64,000 nucleotides of DNA from Promineifilum sp. (GTDB lineage Bacteria > Chloroflexota > Anaerolineae > Promineifilales > Promineifilaceae): contig JAGOBF010000012.1 of NCBI GenBank assembly GCA_017983515.1, positions 43,105-107,104 on the forward strand, in the 5' to 3' direction. Positions 29,521 through 39,310 of this stretch are shown in pieces. The position numbers and the translations under genes were made by a program. Each line of letters starts with the position of its first letter. The first letter of the stretch is position 1. Below the pieces are notes generated by a model, which worked only from the letters and a program-made list of their open reading frames with translations, did no database searches and was not told the origin of the DNA.

Positions 29521-30309
29521 ATGATGTCAAAAGAAGATATGGTTGAAACTCGCCCGCGTTCGCGGGCCAAAGTCATTTTACTGGTGCTTTTGGTGCTCTT
29601 CTTTGTGGCGATGGCCTTTCTGGCCTTTTCGGTCGCCAGATTGGTGAACTCCGTGAATGATGGAGCTACGTCGGCCATCGAGCCGATTGGCGACCGCGTT
29701 CGCTCGCTGTTCGTGCCGGCCACGCCGGTCATTTTGCCCAATCCGGCGACGGTCGTGAAGCAGATCAATGATCTCTCACGCCTGGAGACGGCCTCCTATG
29801 AGATGGAAAAGGTTGTCACGGCCGATTCGGAGCAGGATGGGTTTCTGGATATGCTGCTGGGCGAATCGATGATTTTCATTGCCTACGGCAAGGTCTATGC
29901 CGGCGTCGACTTTGCCGAGATGCAGACGGCCGATCTCGTGGTAGTCGATCCGGACACGGTGCTTGTTCACCTGCCGCCGGCCAAGATATTCGAGGACATT
30001 CCGGTGCTGGACAACGAGCGTTCGTTTGTGGCCGACCGCGACACCGGCCTGTTGACGCGAGCTGACCCGGAATTGGAGACGCAGGTACGACAGGCGGCCG
30101 AGCGCTCTATCCGCGAAGCGGCCCAGAGCAGCGACATTCTGACCCGGGCCAACACCAATGCCCAGACCTATATGCACAATTTTCTGGCGGGATTGGGATT
30201 CACAGAGATCGTCTTCACGCCGGATACGCCGGCCCCGGCTGCGCCCTATCAGCAAGAGGTGCCCAAAGGGTATTATCTGCTGCCGACGGCGACGCCCATC
30301 GCGCCTTAG
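29521..30309 (+). CDS. DUF4230-like membrane-anchored protein (start 29503-29539 uncertain)
   Basis: One N-terminal TM, LETASY, GKVYAGVDF, LPPAKI, ILTRANTNAQ. Confidence 0.72.
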   Translation: MMSKEDMVETRPRSRAKVILLVLLVLFFVAMAFLAFSVARLVNSVNDGATSAIEPIGDRVRSLFVPATPVILPNPATVVKQINDLSRLETASYEMEKVVTADSEQDGFLDMLLGESMIFIAYGKVYAGVDFAEMQTADLVVVDPDTVLVHLPPAKIFEDIPVLDNERSFVADRDTGLLTRADPELETQVRQAAERSIREAAQSSDILTRANTNAQTYMHNFLAGLGFTEIVFTPDTPAPAAPYQQEVPKGYYLLPTATPIAP

Positions 30310-30333
30310 TCAGTGGGGTGGATTATCCAAATT

Positions 30334-30428
30334 AAGAATTAAACACGGCTAGGGCACGGATCGAACGGAAAAAACGGACTGAATATCCGCTCTATCCGTA
30401 TCAATCCGTGCCGCGGCCATGTCTAATT
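30334..30428. repeat. Imperfect palindrome built from ~9-nt ACGG(A/C)/TCCG units between convergent genes
   Basis: ACGG at 30345, 30356, 30365, 30374 mirrored by TCCG at 30386, 30395, 30405; GGCACGGAT/ATCCGTGCC pair. Confidence 0.75.
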
Positions 30429-30439
30429 TATTCCCATCG

Positions 30440-30931
30440 TTAGCCGGCGTAGTTCCATCCCATGTGGGGCAGGGTCAGCGACGTATGTTCGTCGCCGGGC
30501 TTTAGGATGACCGCATTCACGACCTCGCCAACGAGCAGGTCGTGGCCGCCGCCCACGTCGATTAACTGGGTCATACGACATTCGATGACGGCCGCCGCGC
30601 CTTCGAGGATCGGGCAGCCGGTGACCGGGGCGGGCATCCACGGCGCGGCCTCTAACTTGGCCGGGTTCTTGGCGCGGGCCTTGGTGTACGGCTTGATATG
30701 ATCGCTGTCTTCCTTGTTGAAGATGTTGATGGCGAAGACCTGGCCCAGACTCACGACCTCGTGGGTGTAAGCATTTTGGGCCAGGGCGAACAGGACCAGG
30801 CGCGGCTCGAACGAGACCTGGGTCAGCCAGTTGCCGACCATGGCATTGACTTCTTCACCGTGGCGAGAAGTGATGGCATAGAATCCATAGGGCAGGCGCT
30901 GGAGAGCTTCTTTTATCGGGTCTGCGGTCAT
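30440..30931 (-). CDS. Flavin reductase family protein
   Basis: PYGFYAIT, WLTQVSFEP, FAINI, GCPIL, GGHDLLVGEV. Confidence 0.88.
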   Translation of the reverse strand: MTADPIKEALQRLPYGFYAITSRHGEEVNAMVGNWLTQVSFEPRLVLFALAQNAYTHEVVSLGQVFAINIFNKEDSDHIKPYTKARAKNPAKLEAAPWMPAPVTGCPILEGAAAVIECRMTQLIDVGGGHDLLVGEVVNAVILKPGDEHTSLTLPHMGWNYAG

Positions 30932-31049
30932 TCATTCCTCCGGTTAGGTGGCCGGGCGATTATCCCATTCGATAAGCGCGCCGGCATTGCTTTCGTTTGA
31001 TTCTAGCAAATCATCACACTTATCACAGGTTATTGGGAGTTGTCATTGA

Positions 31050-31451
31050 ATGAACGTCTCGAATCGCCGGTTCAAGCTGACCCTGGGCATCGTAGGCGTC
31101 TTCACCGCCGTCTGGATGGTGACTGAGGGGGATCTGGGCCGGGATGTCGTGCTGGCCGGTTCTCTATTGCTGGTGGGTCTGATGGCACTCATGCGGCGAT
31201 GGTCATGGATTCGAACGTTGCCGCCGGGCAAAACCGTGCTGCTGGGCGTGGCTGGCGGCCTTGCCTATGGAATTGGCCTGGTGCTGCTGACCCTGTTTCT
31301 CATGGCCGTGAAGACCGGGCTACACGCCCACGGTCTGGAGTATACATCCTATCAACTCGTCTGGGTCTGGCGTCAGCTGCCACTGTGGGTCGTGGCCGGG
31401 GGCCTGATGGGATTGAGCGTTGGGCTGCTGGCCGTCGCCAGGAAGCGATGA
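31050..31451 (+). CDS. Hypothetical membrane protein
   Basis: Four hydrophobic segments, KTGLHAHG motif, GGGAG RBS. Confidence 0.65.
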   Translation: MNVSNRRFKLTLGIVGVFTAVWMVTEGDLGRDVVLAGSLLLVGLMALMRRWSWIRTLPPGKTVLLGVAGGLAYGIGLVLLTLFLMAVKTGLHAHGLEYTSYQLVWVWRQLPLWVVAGGLMGLSVGLLAVARKR

Positions 31452-31469
31452 GCGCGGTGAAAAACTGCT

Positions 31470-32549
31470 CTAGCAAATGCGCGGTAGTATCTCGCCAGCC
31501 AACATGTCCACCACCCGCGTACTGCCGATGCTCGTGCGCAGCAGGACCCGCCCGGCCGGCGCGGACTGGACACGGCCGATGATCGTCGCCTCTTCGCCAT
31601 AGCGGGTGGCGCGCATGGCCGACAACACCGTCTGGGCTTCTTCGGCGGCGACAATGGCCAACAACTTGCCTTCGTTGGCGATGTAGAGCGGGTCGAAGCC
31701 CAACATCTCGCAGGCGGCGGCCACGGGCGGCCGCACCGGAATAGCCCGCTCGTCGAGAATAATGGCGACGTCCGACTGCCGGGCGATCTCATTTAGCGTC
31801 GTCGCCACGCCGCCTCGCGTTGGGTCGCGCAGGACGTGGATGCCGTCGCCCGCCGGCGAGTCATCCGCGGCGATGAGCTCGGCCACCAGGTGATTGAGCG
31901 GAGCCACGTCGCTGGTCACGTCGGCGGCGAAGCCCAGTTCGCCCCGCGCGGCCAGGACGGCAATGCCGTGGTCGCCCATTGGGCCGGAGAGGATGACCAC
32001 GTCGCCCGGTTGAGCCCGCGCCCCGCCGATTTCGCGGTCGTGGCTGATCATGCCCACGCCGGCGGTATTGATGTAGAGGCCGTCGGCCTTACCGCGCTGG
32101 ACGACCTTAGTATCCCCGGCGATGATCTGCACCCCCGCCTCGGCCGCCGCGACCTGCATTGATTCCACTACCCGGGCCAGCACGGCCACGTCCAACCCTT
32201 CCTCCAGAATGAATCCGGCGGTCAGATAGAGCGGCGTCGCCCCCATCATCGCCAGGTCATTGACCGTGCCGCAGATGGCCAGCCGGCCAATATCGCCACC
32301 GGGGAAGAAAAGGGGCGTGACGACGTGGGAGTCGGTGCTAACGGCCAGGCGGCCGCGCGGAACGCTCACCACCCCCGCGTCATTGGCGGCGCGCAGGGCG
32401 GGGTTGTCGAACGGCCGCTGAAAGAGACGGCCGATCAGATCGTGGCTCATCCGGCCGCCGCTGCCGTGGCCGAGGACGATTTTCTCGTCGTGTCGCAGCG
32501 GCAGCGGACAGGCAGGTGCTTCGAGGTGAGGAATTGCTTTGTGGCTCAT
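31470..32549 (-). CDS. hypE: Hydrogenase maturation carbamoyl dehydratase HypE
   Basis: GHGSGG, TDSHVV.PLFFPGGDIG, GDTKVV, RDPTRGG, ANEGK, C-terminal PRIC. Confidence 0.97.
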   Translation of the reverse strand: MSHKAIPHLEAPACPLPLRHDEKIVLGHGSGGRMSHDLIGRLFQRPFDNPALRAANDAGVVSVPRGRLAVSTDSHVVTPLFFPGGDIGRLAICGTVNDLAMMGATPLYLTAGFILEEGLDVAVLARVVESMQVAAAEAGVQIIAGDTKVVQRGKADGLYINTAGVGMISHDREIGGARAQPGDVVILSGPMGDHGIAVLAARGELGFAADVTSDVAPLNHLVAELIAADDSPAGDGIHVLRDPTRGGVATTLNEIARQSDVAIILDERAIPVRPPVAAACEMLGFDPLYIANEGKLLAIVAAEEAQTVLSAMRATRYGEEATIIGRVQSAPAGRVLLRTSIGSTRVVDMLAGEILPRIC

Positions 32550-32599
32550 AGTCAACCATCATCATGAATCAGGGGACAAAGCAGCCTATCGCTTCGTTC

Positions 32600-33715
32600 C
32601 TAACTCATCATTTCTAATTCGTAATGCTCCAGGTGGCGCCCATAGCGGTAATAGGCGGCGCACGCGCCTTCGGATGAGACCATCGTGGCCCCCAGCGGCG
32701 CCTCCGGCGTGCACTCTGCGCCGAAGGCAGGGCAGTCGTGGGGCTTTTTCAGGCCTTGCAAGATCTGTCCGGCGATGCAGACGGGCGATTCCTCGGTATG
32801 AATCTCGCCCACGTCGAAGCGCATCTCGGCGTCGAAGGCGGCGAACGCCGGCCGCAACCCCCAGCCGCTGGCCGGGATGGGGCCGACGCCGCGCCATTGC
32901 CGGTCACGGACTTCGAAGACTTGCTCGATGACCTGCTGGGCCGGGCGATTGCCCAGGTAGGTGACGGCCCGGCCGTAGGCGTTTTCGGCCTCGGCTCGTC
33001 CTTCTTCAAGTTGGTGGACGACGGCCAGGATGCCCGTGGCCACGTCGAGCGGCTCGAAGCCGGTGACGACGATGGGAACGTGGTAGCGCTCGGCGATGGC
33101 CGGGTATTCCCAATAGCCCATCACGGCGTTGACGTGACCGGCGGCCAGGAAGGCCTGCACCCGATTGTGGGGCGAACCAAGGATGGCGTGCATGGCCGGT
33201 GGAACACAGACGTGGGAGACGAGAACGCTATAATTGGTCAGGCCCAGCGCCCGCGCCTGCAGCACGCTCATGGCATTGGCCGGAGCGGTCGTCTCGAAGC
33301 CGATAGCAAAGAACACGACCTCTTTGTCGGGGTTGGCCTGGGCGATTTTCACGGCGTCGAGCGGCGAATAGACGACGCGCACGTCACCCCCCGTGGCGCG
33401 CACGGCGAACAGATCGCGGCCGCTGCCGGGCACGCGCAGCATGTCGCCATAAGACGCGAAGATGACGTTGGGCCGCGCGGCGATGTTGAGGGCCTTGTCG
33501 ATCAGCTCCAATGGCGTGACGCATACGGGGCAGCCCGGCCCGTGGACCAGCTCGATTTGCGGCGGGAGTAACTGATCGATGCCGTGGCGGACGATGGCGT
33601 GGGTCTGGCCGCCACAGATTTCCATGATAACCCAGGGGCGGGTGACGAGGCGGCCGATCTCGCGCAGAGTCGATTGCACCAATTCAGCGTCGCGATATTC
33701 AGTGACGTATTTCAT
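32600..33715 (-). CDS. hypD: Hydrogenase maturation protein HypD
   Basis: [28 protein letters not shown]-terminal Cys cluster and [10 protein letters not shown]. Confidence 0.97.
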   Translation of the reverse strand: MKYVTEYRDAELVQSTLREIGRLVTRPWVIMEICGGQTHAIVRHGIDQLLPPQIELVHGPGCPVCVTPLELIDKALNIAARPNVIFASYGDMLRVPGSGRDLFAVRATGGDVRVVYSPLDAVKIAQANPDKEVVFFAIGFETTAPANAMSVLQARALGLTNYSVLVSHVCVPPAMHAILGSPHNRVQAFLAAGHVNAVMGYWEYPAIAERYHVPIVVTGFEPLDVATGILAVVHQLEEGRAEAENAYGRAVTYLGNRPAQQVIEQVFEVRDRQWRGVGPIPASGWGLRPAFAAFDAEMRFDVGEIHTEESPVCIAGQILQGLKKPHDCPAFGAECTPEAPLGATMVSSEGACAAYYRYGRHLEHYELEMMS

Positions 33716-33728
33716 AATAGTTGTCCTG

Positions 33729-33759
33729 AAGAATTAACCACGGATGGGGCACGGATTGA
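33729..33759. repeat. Half copy of the ACGGAT repeat element at the hypC-hypD junction
   Basis: 27/31 identity with 30334-30364. Confidence 0.7.
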
Positions 33760-33792
33760 GCCTCTAGGCCAGAAGATTGACTATCACTCGTT

Positions 33793-34068
33793 TCAACCTT
33801 TTATTCTCTCCAATGTCAATGTCTCCGGCCCCAGCTCTTCTTCGAGATCAGCGATTTCGCGCAAGGTCTCCAGTGTGGCGTTGGCCTCTTCCTCGCTTAG
33901 CAGACTGATGGCGAAGCCGACATGGATGACGGTGTAATCGCCCACGATGGCCTCGGGCACGTAGGCCAGACACACTTCGCGCTGCGTGCCGCCGAAGTCG
34001 ATACGGCCCATTTTCAGACCTTCTGATTCATAGATGTCGGTGATTTTTCCGGGTACGCCTAGGCACAT
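33793..34068 (-). CDS. hypC: Hydrogenase assembly chaperone HypC
   Basis: N-terminal MCLGVPG, VGDYTVIHVGFAI. Confidence 0.96.
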   Translation of the reverse strand: MCLGVPGKITDIYESEGLKMGRIDFGGTQREVCLAYVPEAIVGDYTVIHVGFAISLLSEEEANATLETLREIADLEEELGPETLTLERIKG

Positions 34069-34087
34069 AATTTTCGGTATCCAGTGG

Positions 34088-36490
34088 TCAGTGACCAGTA
34101 TTCTCTGCAATGAGTTTCGCTGCGCGTGGCTGATTGGCCGCCGGCGCTTGCCGGCGGTCGTTTGCCAACCGTTTTGCTCCGATAATTGCCTGTCCCAACG
34201 CCAGCCCGCCGTCGTTGGCGGGGACGAGGTGATGGGTGTAGACGATGAATTGCTCTTGCTCCAATAGGGCCAATGTTCGGCCGAGCAAGGTGACGTTCTG
34301 CCATACGCCGCCGCTGAGTACGACTTCGTTGAGGCCGTGGTCGTCGCGCAGATGCCGGCACACGTCGGCCGTCAGGTGGGCGACGCCGTAGTGGAACCGC
34401 GCGGCAATGCGGCCGGTGTCGATCCCGGCCTGACGGTCTTCCAGCAGCGCGGCCCAGGCCGGCGCGGGATCGATTAAGCCATTCGCATAGTCGAATGAAT
34501 AAGCGCCCTCTTCGGCCCCATCGACCAGTGCCTCAAATTCGATGGCCGCCTGAGCTTCATAATTGACCGTCATCCGTACACCGGCCAGCGCGGCGGCAGT
34601 GTCGAACAGGCGGCCCATGCTCGACGTGGCCGGGGCGTTGAGTCCACGTTCGATTTGGTGGTCTAGCGCCTCCAGGTAATGGTCTCCCCGTTCGCGGCCG
34701 AAATACATCGGAGCGAGATCGCCGGCCCAGGGCAAGCCGGCGGCGCGCAAGTGGGCCAGGGCCATCCGCCACGGTTCGCGAACGGCGAGATCGCCGCCGG
34801 GCAGGGGGACGTAGCGCAGATGCGCGGCGCGTTCGTAGCCGGTATAGTCGGCGATCAGGAACTCGCCACCCCAGATAGCCCCGTCATCGCCATAGCCTGT
34901 GCCGTCGAAGGTCACCCCGATGACCGGCCGTTCGCCGCTCAGGCCGTGTTCGGCCATGCCGGCGGCCACGTGAGCGTGATGATGCTGGGCCTCTACGAGC
35001 AGCAAGCCTTCGCGCGCGGCGCGCTCGCGGGCGTAGCGCGAGGCCATGTAGTTCGGGTGCAAGTCGCAGACCAACGCCTCCGGCCGCAGGCGAAAGAGAC
35101 GCTCCATGTGGGCTACGCCTTCCTCAAATGAGCAGAGCGTCTCGTAATTTTCCATGTCGCCGATGTGGGGACTCAGGAAGGCATAGTGGTCGCGAACGAG
35201 ACAAAACGTATTCTTAAGTTCTCCGCCCGTGGCGAGCAGCGACGCAGCCCAGGGCAATTTCACGGGGAAGGGGGCGTAGCCTCGTGACCGGCGCAGCGGC
35301 ATGGCGACGGCCGCCTTATTGGCGACGCTCCATACGCGCATCACCGAATCGTCGCAACGGGCGTGGATGTCGCGGTCGTGGAGCAGAAGGGCATCGGCTA
35401 GACCGGCCAGGCGCTCGCGGGCCTCATCGTTGGTATAAGCGATGGGTTCCTCGCTCAGGTTGCCGCTGGTCATCACCAGCGCGTCGGGGAAGCCGGACTT
35501 ATGCTCCAACAACAAATAGTGAAGCGGCGTATAGGGCAGCATGACGCCGATATTGTCTTGTCCCGGCGCGATCTCGAGGGCGAGGGACGAATCGGGCCGG
35601 CGGGCCAGGATGACGATCGGCCGCGCGCGGGAGAGCAACAACTCCTTCTCGACTTCATTGACATAACAATGAAGCTGAACCGTATCGACGTCGGCCATCA
35701 TGATGGCAAACGGCTTGTCGACGCGCAACTTGCGGCGACGCAGCTCACGAACGGCGGCCGGGTCGGTTGCGTCACAGGCCAGGTGATAGCCGCCCAAGCC
35801 CTTGACAGCGACGATACGGCCCTCTCTTAAAAGGTCGCGCGTCGCTTCCAGCGCGTCATTGCCCCGCAAAACAGTGTCTTGAGCACGACGAACGGTGTAT
35901 TCCAGCTGGAGGCGCGGCCCGCACGACGGACAGGCCACGGGCTGGGCGTGGAAGCGCCGGTCGAGCGGGTTGCTGTATTCGGCGGCGCATTCGGCGCAGA
36001 GGGCGAAGCCGGCCATGGTCGTCAGCGGCCGGTCGTAGGGAATGTCGCGAATGATGGTGTAGCGTGGGCCGCAGTTGGTGCAGTTGATGAATGGATAGCG
36101 ATAGCGCCGATCGGTGGGGTCGAACAGTTCGCGCAGGCAGTCGGGACATATACACATGTCGGGCGAAATGGGTTGGAACGCGTCCGGCTCCGACTTCGAC
36201 GCCAGGATATCGAAATGGGTGAAACCGTTGGCCGGTCGTTCGGCCATCTCCAGCCGGTCGATGCGCGCCAGCGGCGGCAGTTCGGCTGTCAGCGCGCCGG
36301 TGAAGGCGGCCAGGTCTTCGGCCGGGCCATCGATTTCGATATCTACGCCGGACGAGGAGTTGCGCACCCAGCCGGCCAGCGCATAGCGCTGCGCCAGCCC
36401 ATAGACAAACGGCCGAAAGCCGACACCCTGTACCACGCCGGTCAGGTGAATCCGCAAGCCTTGGCCCTCGCTGATGCTGTTACCGTTCAT
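34088..36490 (-). CDS. hypF: Carbamoyltransferase HypF
   Basis: Acylphosphatase GVVQGVGFRP, zinc fingers CPDC/CTNC/CAEC/CPSC, KGLGGYH, HHHAH, DGTGYG, PANDGG. Confidence 0.97.
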   Translation of the reverse strand: MNGNSISEGQGLRIHLTGVVQGVGFRPFVYGLAQRYALAGWVRNSSSGVDIEIDGPAEDLAAFTGALTAELPPLARIDRLEMAERPANGFTHFDILASKSEPDAFQPISPDMCICPDCLRELFDPTDRRYRYPFINCTNCGPRYTIIRDIPYDRPLTTMAGFALCAECAAEYSNPLDRRFHAQPVACPSCGPRLQLEYTVRRAQDTVLRGNDALEATRDLLREGRIVAVKGLGGYHLACDATDPAAVRELRRRKLRVDKPFAIMMADVDTVQLHCYVNEVEKELLLSRARPIVILARRPDSSLALEIAPGQDNIGVMLPYTPLHYLLLEHKSGFPDALVMTSGNLSEEPIAYTNDEARERLAGLADALLLHDRDIHARCDDSVMRVWSVANKAAVAMPLRRSRGYAPFPVKLPWAASLLATGGELKNTFCLVRDHYAFLSPHIGDMENYETLCSFEEGVAHMERLFRLRPEALVCDLHPNYMASRYARERAAREGLLLVEAQHHHAHVAAGMAEHGLSGERPVIGVTFDGTGYGDDGAIWGGEFLIADYTGYERAAHLRYVPLPGGDLAVREPWRMALAHLRAAGLPWAGDLAPMYFGRERGDHYLEALDHQIERGLNAPATSSMGRLFDTAAALAGVRMTVNYEAQAAIEFEALVDGAEEGAYSFDYANGLIDPAPAWAALLEDRQAGIDTGRIAARFHYGVAHLTADVCRHLRDDHGLNEVVLSGGVWQNVTLLGRTLALLEQEQFIVYTHHLVPANDGGLALGQAIIGAKRLANDRRQAPAANQPRAAKLIAENTGH

Positions 36491-36493
36491 CGG

Positions 36494-37180
36494 CTAAATT
36501 CGCTCGATTCCGTGTCCTCTTCCGTTGCTGTATACCTGCTCCACGACCCACTCCAGCCAGGCGTCCAGCCCTTCGCCCGTGCGGCATGACAGGGGGAACG
36601 TCGCCAGACCGGGATTGAGCGCGGCCGCGCCACGCCGGAAGTAGTCCATATTGAAATTGACATAAGGAAGCAAGTCGATCTTGTTGATGACCAGTGCCTC
36701 GACGCCGCGATAAGCGCCAGGGTATTTGTAGGGTTTGTCGTCGCCTTCGGGCACAGAGGCCACGAGCACGCTCCTGTGCGTGCCCAGGGCAAAATTGGCC
36801 GGGCAGACCAGGTTGCCGACGTTTTCAACGATGAGCAGGTCGATAGCCGACAGATCCAACTCATCCAAAGCGCTTTGCAGCATGACGGCGTCCAGGTGGC
36901 AATCGCCGCCGGTATTGATCTGCACCGCCACGGCCCCGGCGGCCGCGGCCCGGTCGGCGTCGAGGCTGGTGGCGATGTCGCCATCAATGACCGCCAGGCG
37001 CAACCTGCCCGCCAAACGGCTCACTGTTTGCTCGACCAGACTAGTCTTGCCCGCGCCGGGGGAGGCCATAAAGTTGAGGCCGAAGACGCCGGCGGCGTCC
37101 AGCCGGGCGCGGTTGCCGGCCGCCAGCCGGTCGTTCGCGCCAAATATTTTTTCCACAACGGGTATGCGTTCGGTGATCAT
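36494..37180 (-). CDS. hypB: Hydrogenase nickel-incorporation GTPase HypB
   Basis: SPGAGKT, GGDCHLDA, ENVGNLVCP, EGDDKP.KYP, NKID. Confidence 0.96.
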   Translation of the reverse strand: MITERIPVVEKIFGANDRLAAGNRARLDAAGVFGLNFMASPGAGKTSLVEQTVSRLAGRLRLAVIDGDIATSLDADRAAAAGAVAVQINTGGDCHLDAVMLQSALDELDLSAIDLLIVENVGNLVCPANFALGTHRSVLVASVPEGDDKPYKYPGAYRGVEALVINKIDLLPYVNFNMDYFRRGAAALNPGLATFPLSCRTGEGLDAWLEWVVEQVYSNGRGHGIERI

Positions 37181-37545
37181 ATCGTTTGTTCTTCCGTTTC
37201 GCCGATTTCGGCGATCTCGATCGCCTCCAGGTAAAACTCCTCACCGGCCAGGATAGCGATGTCGATGCTGCCACAGGCCGGGCAGGGCAGGTCCTGGCGT
37301 GGGCTATAGCTATGACCGCAGGCGCGACAGCTTAGCCGGCCGGGAATGCGCCGGAAATGGAGTTGAGACTGGGCGGCCGGCGTGCCCTCAGTGATGATGT
37401 CCCAATAAAACTGCACGGATTCGTCCACGATGGTGGAGAGTTCGCCGATGACCAGAAAAATATCGGTGATGGTCGCGGAGCTGGCCTGCCGGCCGTGGCG
37501 CAGGGCGATCTCTAAAATACTCTCAGTGACGGATAATTCGTGCAT
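37177..37545 (-). CDS. hypA: Hydrogenase nickel metallochaperone HypA
   Basis: MHELS N-terminus, CRAC and CPAC. Confidence 0.96.
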   Translation of the reverse strand: MHELSVTESILEIALRHGRQASSATITDIFLVIGELSTIVDESVQFYWDIITEGTPAAQSQLHFRRIPGRLSCRACGHSYSPRQDLPCPACGSIDIAILAGEEFYLEAIEIAEIGETEEQTI

Positions 37546-37601
37546 ATCGTCGGCCGTTCAATAGTTGGCGAGACGGCATCATGCTCGCCGTTTCACCTGT
37601 T

Positions 37602-37645
37602 ACTATAAGCCGGGACGCGCCAGACGATGAGTGACGTTTGTCACA
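37602..37645 (-). promoter_or_regulatory. Putative class II CRP/FNR-family-dependent promoter of hyp operon
   Basis: Minus strand TGTGA-CAAACG-TCACT (37630-37645) centred about 42 nt upstream of the start predicted from -10 TATAGT (37602-37607); no recognisable -35. Confidence 0.6.
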
Positions 37646-37702
37646 CGTTGCGCTTATCAATGTCACGAAATGGAGGGGGGCGATGTTGGGGACAGCCGAG
37701 CG

Positions 37703-38860
37703 TCAACTGAGCGGTTTGCGACGCATGACAATCACGGTGTAATCATCGGCTTGGGAGGTGCCGGCCGAGAATTCATCGACGGTGGCGATGATGGCCGTCA
37801 GCAATTCATCGGCGCTATTCCAGGAGCGGGAGGCGACGAGCGCTTCCAGGCCCTCGTCATCCAGAAAGTCGCCAGCCAGATTGCGCGCTTCGGTGATGCC
37901 ATCGGTGAAGAATATGACATAATCGCCCGGCTGCAGGAAGCACAGGCGTTCCTCGGGCACGAAAGCGTCGAAGGCGCCCAACACGATGCCGCGCGCCTTC
38001 AGCAGTTCCAGGTCGCCGGTGCTGTGTTGCAGCCAGATGGGTGGATTGTGTCCGGCGTTGGCGTAGGTGAGGCAGTGGATGTCGGTATCCAGAACGGCAT
38101 AGAATGCGCTGAGGAACAAGGGACTGGTTTTGTCCTGGCGGATGAATTGGTTGACGCGCTGGAGGGCTTCCGAAGGGGTGTTCCCGTCCAGGGCGTAGGT
38201 GTGCATCAGCGTGCGCGAAACGGCCATATAGAGTGCCGCCGGCACGCCCTTGCCGGTCACGTCGGCCACGACGATGTGGACGAGGGCAGGGTTATCGGGC
38301 TGGATGATGAAATCATACAGGTCACCGCCCACCTCGCGCGCGGCGCGGTAGCAGGCGGCGAACTCATAGCCGGCCACATAAGGGCAACCGGATGGCAACA
38401 GACTGAGCTGGATTCGGCGGCCGATGGCTAATTCTTCCTCCATGCGGTGTCGCCGGGCCTCTTCTTCGATGAGTCGCCGCGTGCGCACGGACATCATATT
38501 CATGACCCGCAGGGCGAACTCCGGCGAGCGGCCGACCAGCTCCCGAAAGCCGGCCCGATCGAGGCGGATCAGGCTACAGGCAGTGGCGGTTGTGACCGTG
38601 GCGCTACGTGGCTGGTCGTCGATCATCGCCATCTCGCCCAGGACCATCCCCGGCCCCAGGTAGTCGATGCGCGTACCCTGGCGACTGATGGCCAGCTCGC
38701 CCTCCAGGATCACGAACATTTCGTCGCCAGGCTCGCCCTCGCGCATGATGACCGTACCGGCCGGCAGGTAGACGCGTCCTTCTTCCGAAAAGTAGAGTGC
38801 GCGTTCGTCGGCCGTCAGCTGCAAAGCCGACGTGGCGAGTAGGAAGGGTGAGTTCGTCAT
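37703..38860 (-). CDS. cNMP-binding domain + PP2C (SpoIIE/RsbU-type) phosphatase
   Basis: IMREGEPGDEMFVILEG, GEMAMIDDQPRSATV; coiled coil EEELAIGRRIQ; GGDLYD, ADVTGKG, FTDGITE, DDYT. Confidence 0.92.
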   Translation of the reverse strand: MTNSPFLLATSALQLTADERALYFSEEGRVYLPAGTVIMREGEPGDEMFVILEGELAISRQGTRIDYLGPGMVLGEMAMIDDQPRSATVTTATACSLIRLDRAGFRELVGRSPEFALRVMNMMSVRTRRLIEEEARRHRMEEELAIGRRIQLSLLPSGCPYVAGYEFAACYRAAREVGGDLYDFIIQPDNPALVHIVVADVTGKGVPAALYMAVSRTLMHTYALDGNTPSEALQRVNQFIRQDKTSPLFLSAFYAVLDTDIHCLTYANAGHNPPIWLQHSTGDLELLKARGIVLGAFDAFVPEERLCFLQPGDYVIFFTDGITEARNLAGDFLDDEGLEALVASRSWNSADELLTAIIATVDEFSAGTSQADDYTVIVMRRKPLS

Positions 38861-38878
38861 ATGCGGCCAGGCTCCGAA

Positions 38879-39310
38879 CTAGGGAGCCAGTGTCAATACG
38901 CCCCGCTTGACAAAGGTGAGCTCGTTGCGGTTATCGTCGGTGGCGCGATAGATAAGTTCGTCCGTCAATTGGCGCATCATGTGAACCCCCAGGCCGCCGA
39001 GGGGGCGTTCTTCCAGCGGCCGGCTAATATCGGGCGGGGGAACGGCCGTGGGATCAAAGGGCCGGGCATCGTCGATCAAACGCACCGATAGATCGCCGCC
39101 GTCGGCCTCGACGTCGACGGTTATCGCGCCCGTTTGCTCAGGATAGCCATGCAGAAGGCTATTGGTGGCCGCCTCGTTGACGGCCAGCACCAGATCGCCG
39201 GCGACGTCGCCATCGCCGCCCAGGTTCAGGATGGCGCTTTCCAGAAACTCGCGAATGTCATTCAGATCGCGCACGGTGGCACTGGAATAGCGCAGGGTCA
39301 GGGACTTCAT
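38879..39310 (-). CDS. Anti-sigma factor Ser/Thr kinase (RsbW/SpoIIAB-like)
   Basis: LAVNEAATNSLLHGY, D...FDP, GGLGVHM. Confidence 0.9.
   Translation of the reverse strand: MKSLTLRYSSATVRDLNDIREFLESAILNLGGDGDVAGDLVLAVNEAATNSLLHGYPEQTGAITVDVEADGGDLSVRLIDDARPFDPTAVPPPDISRPLEERPLGGLGVHMMRQLTDELIYRATDDNRNELTFVKRGVLTLAP

Noticed and set aside
31470-37545. Selenocysteine recoding or frameshifts in hyp genes
   Set aside because: All six ORFs are full-length with their conserved Cys motifs and no in-frame TGA
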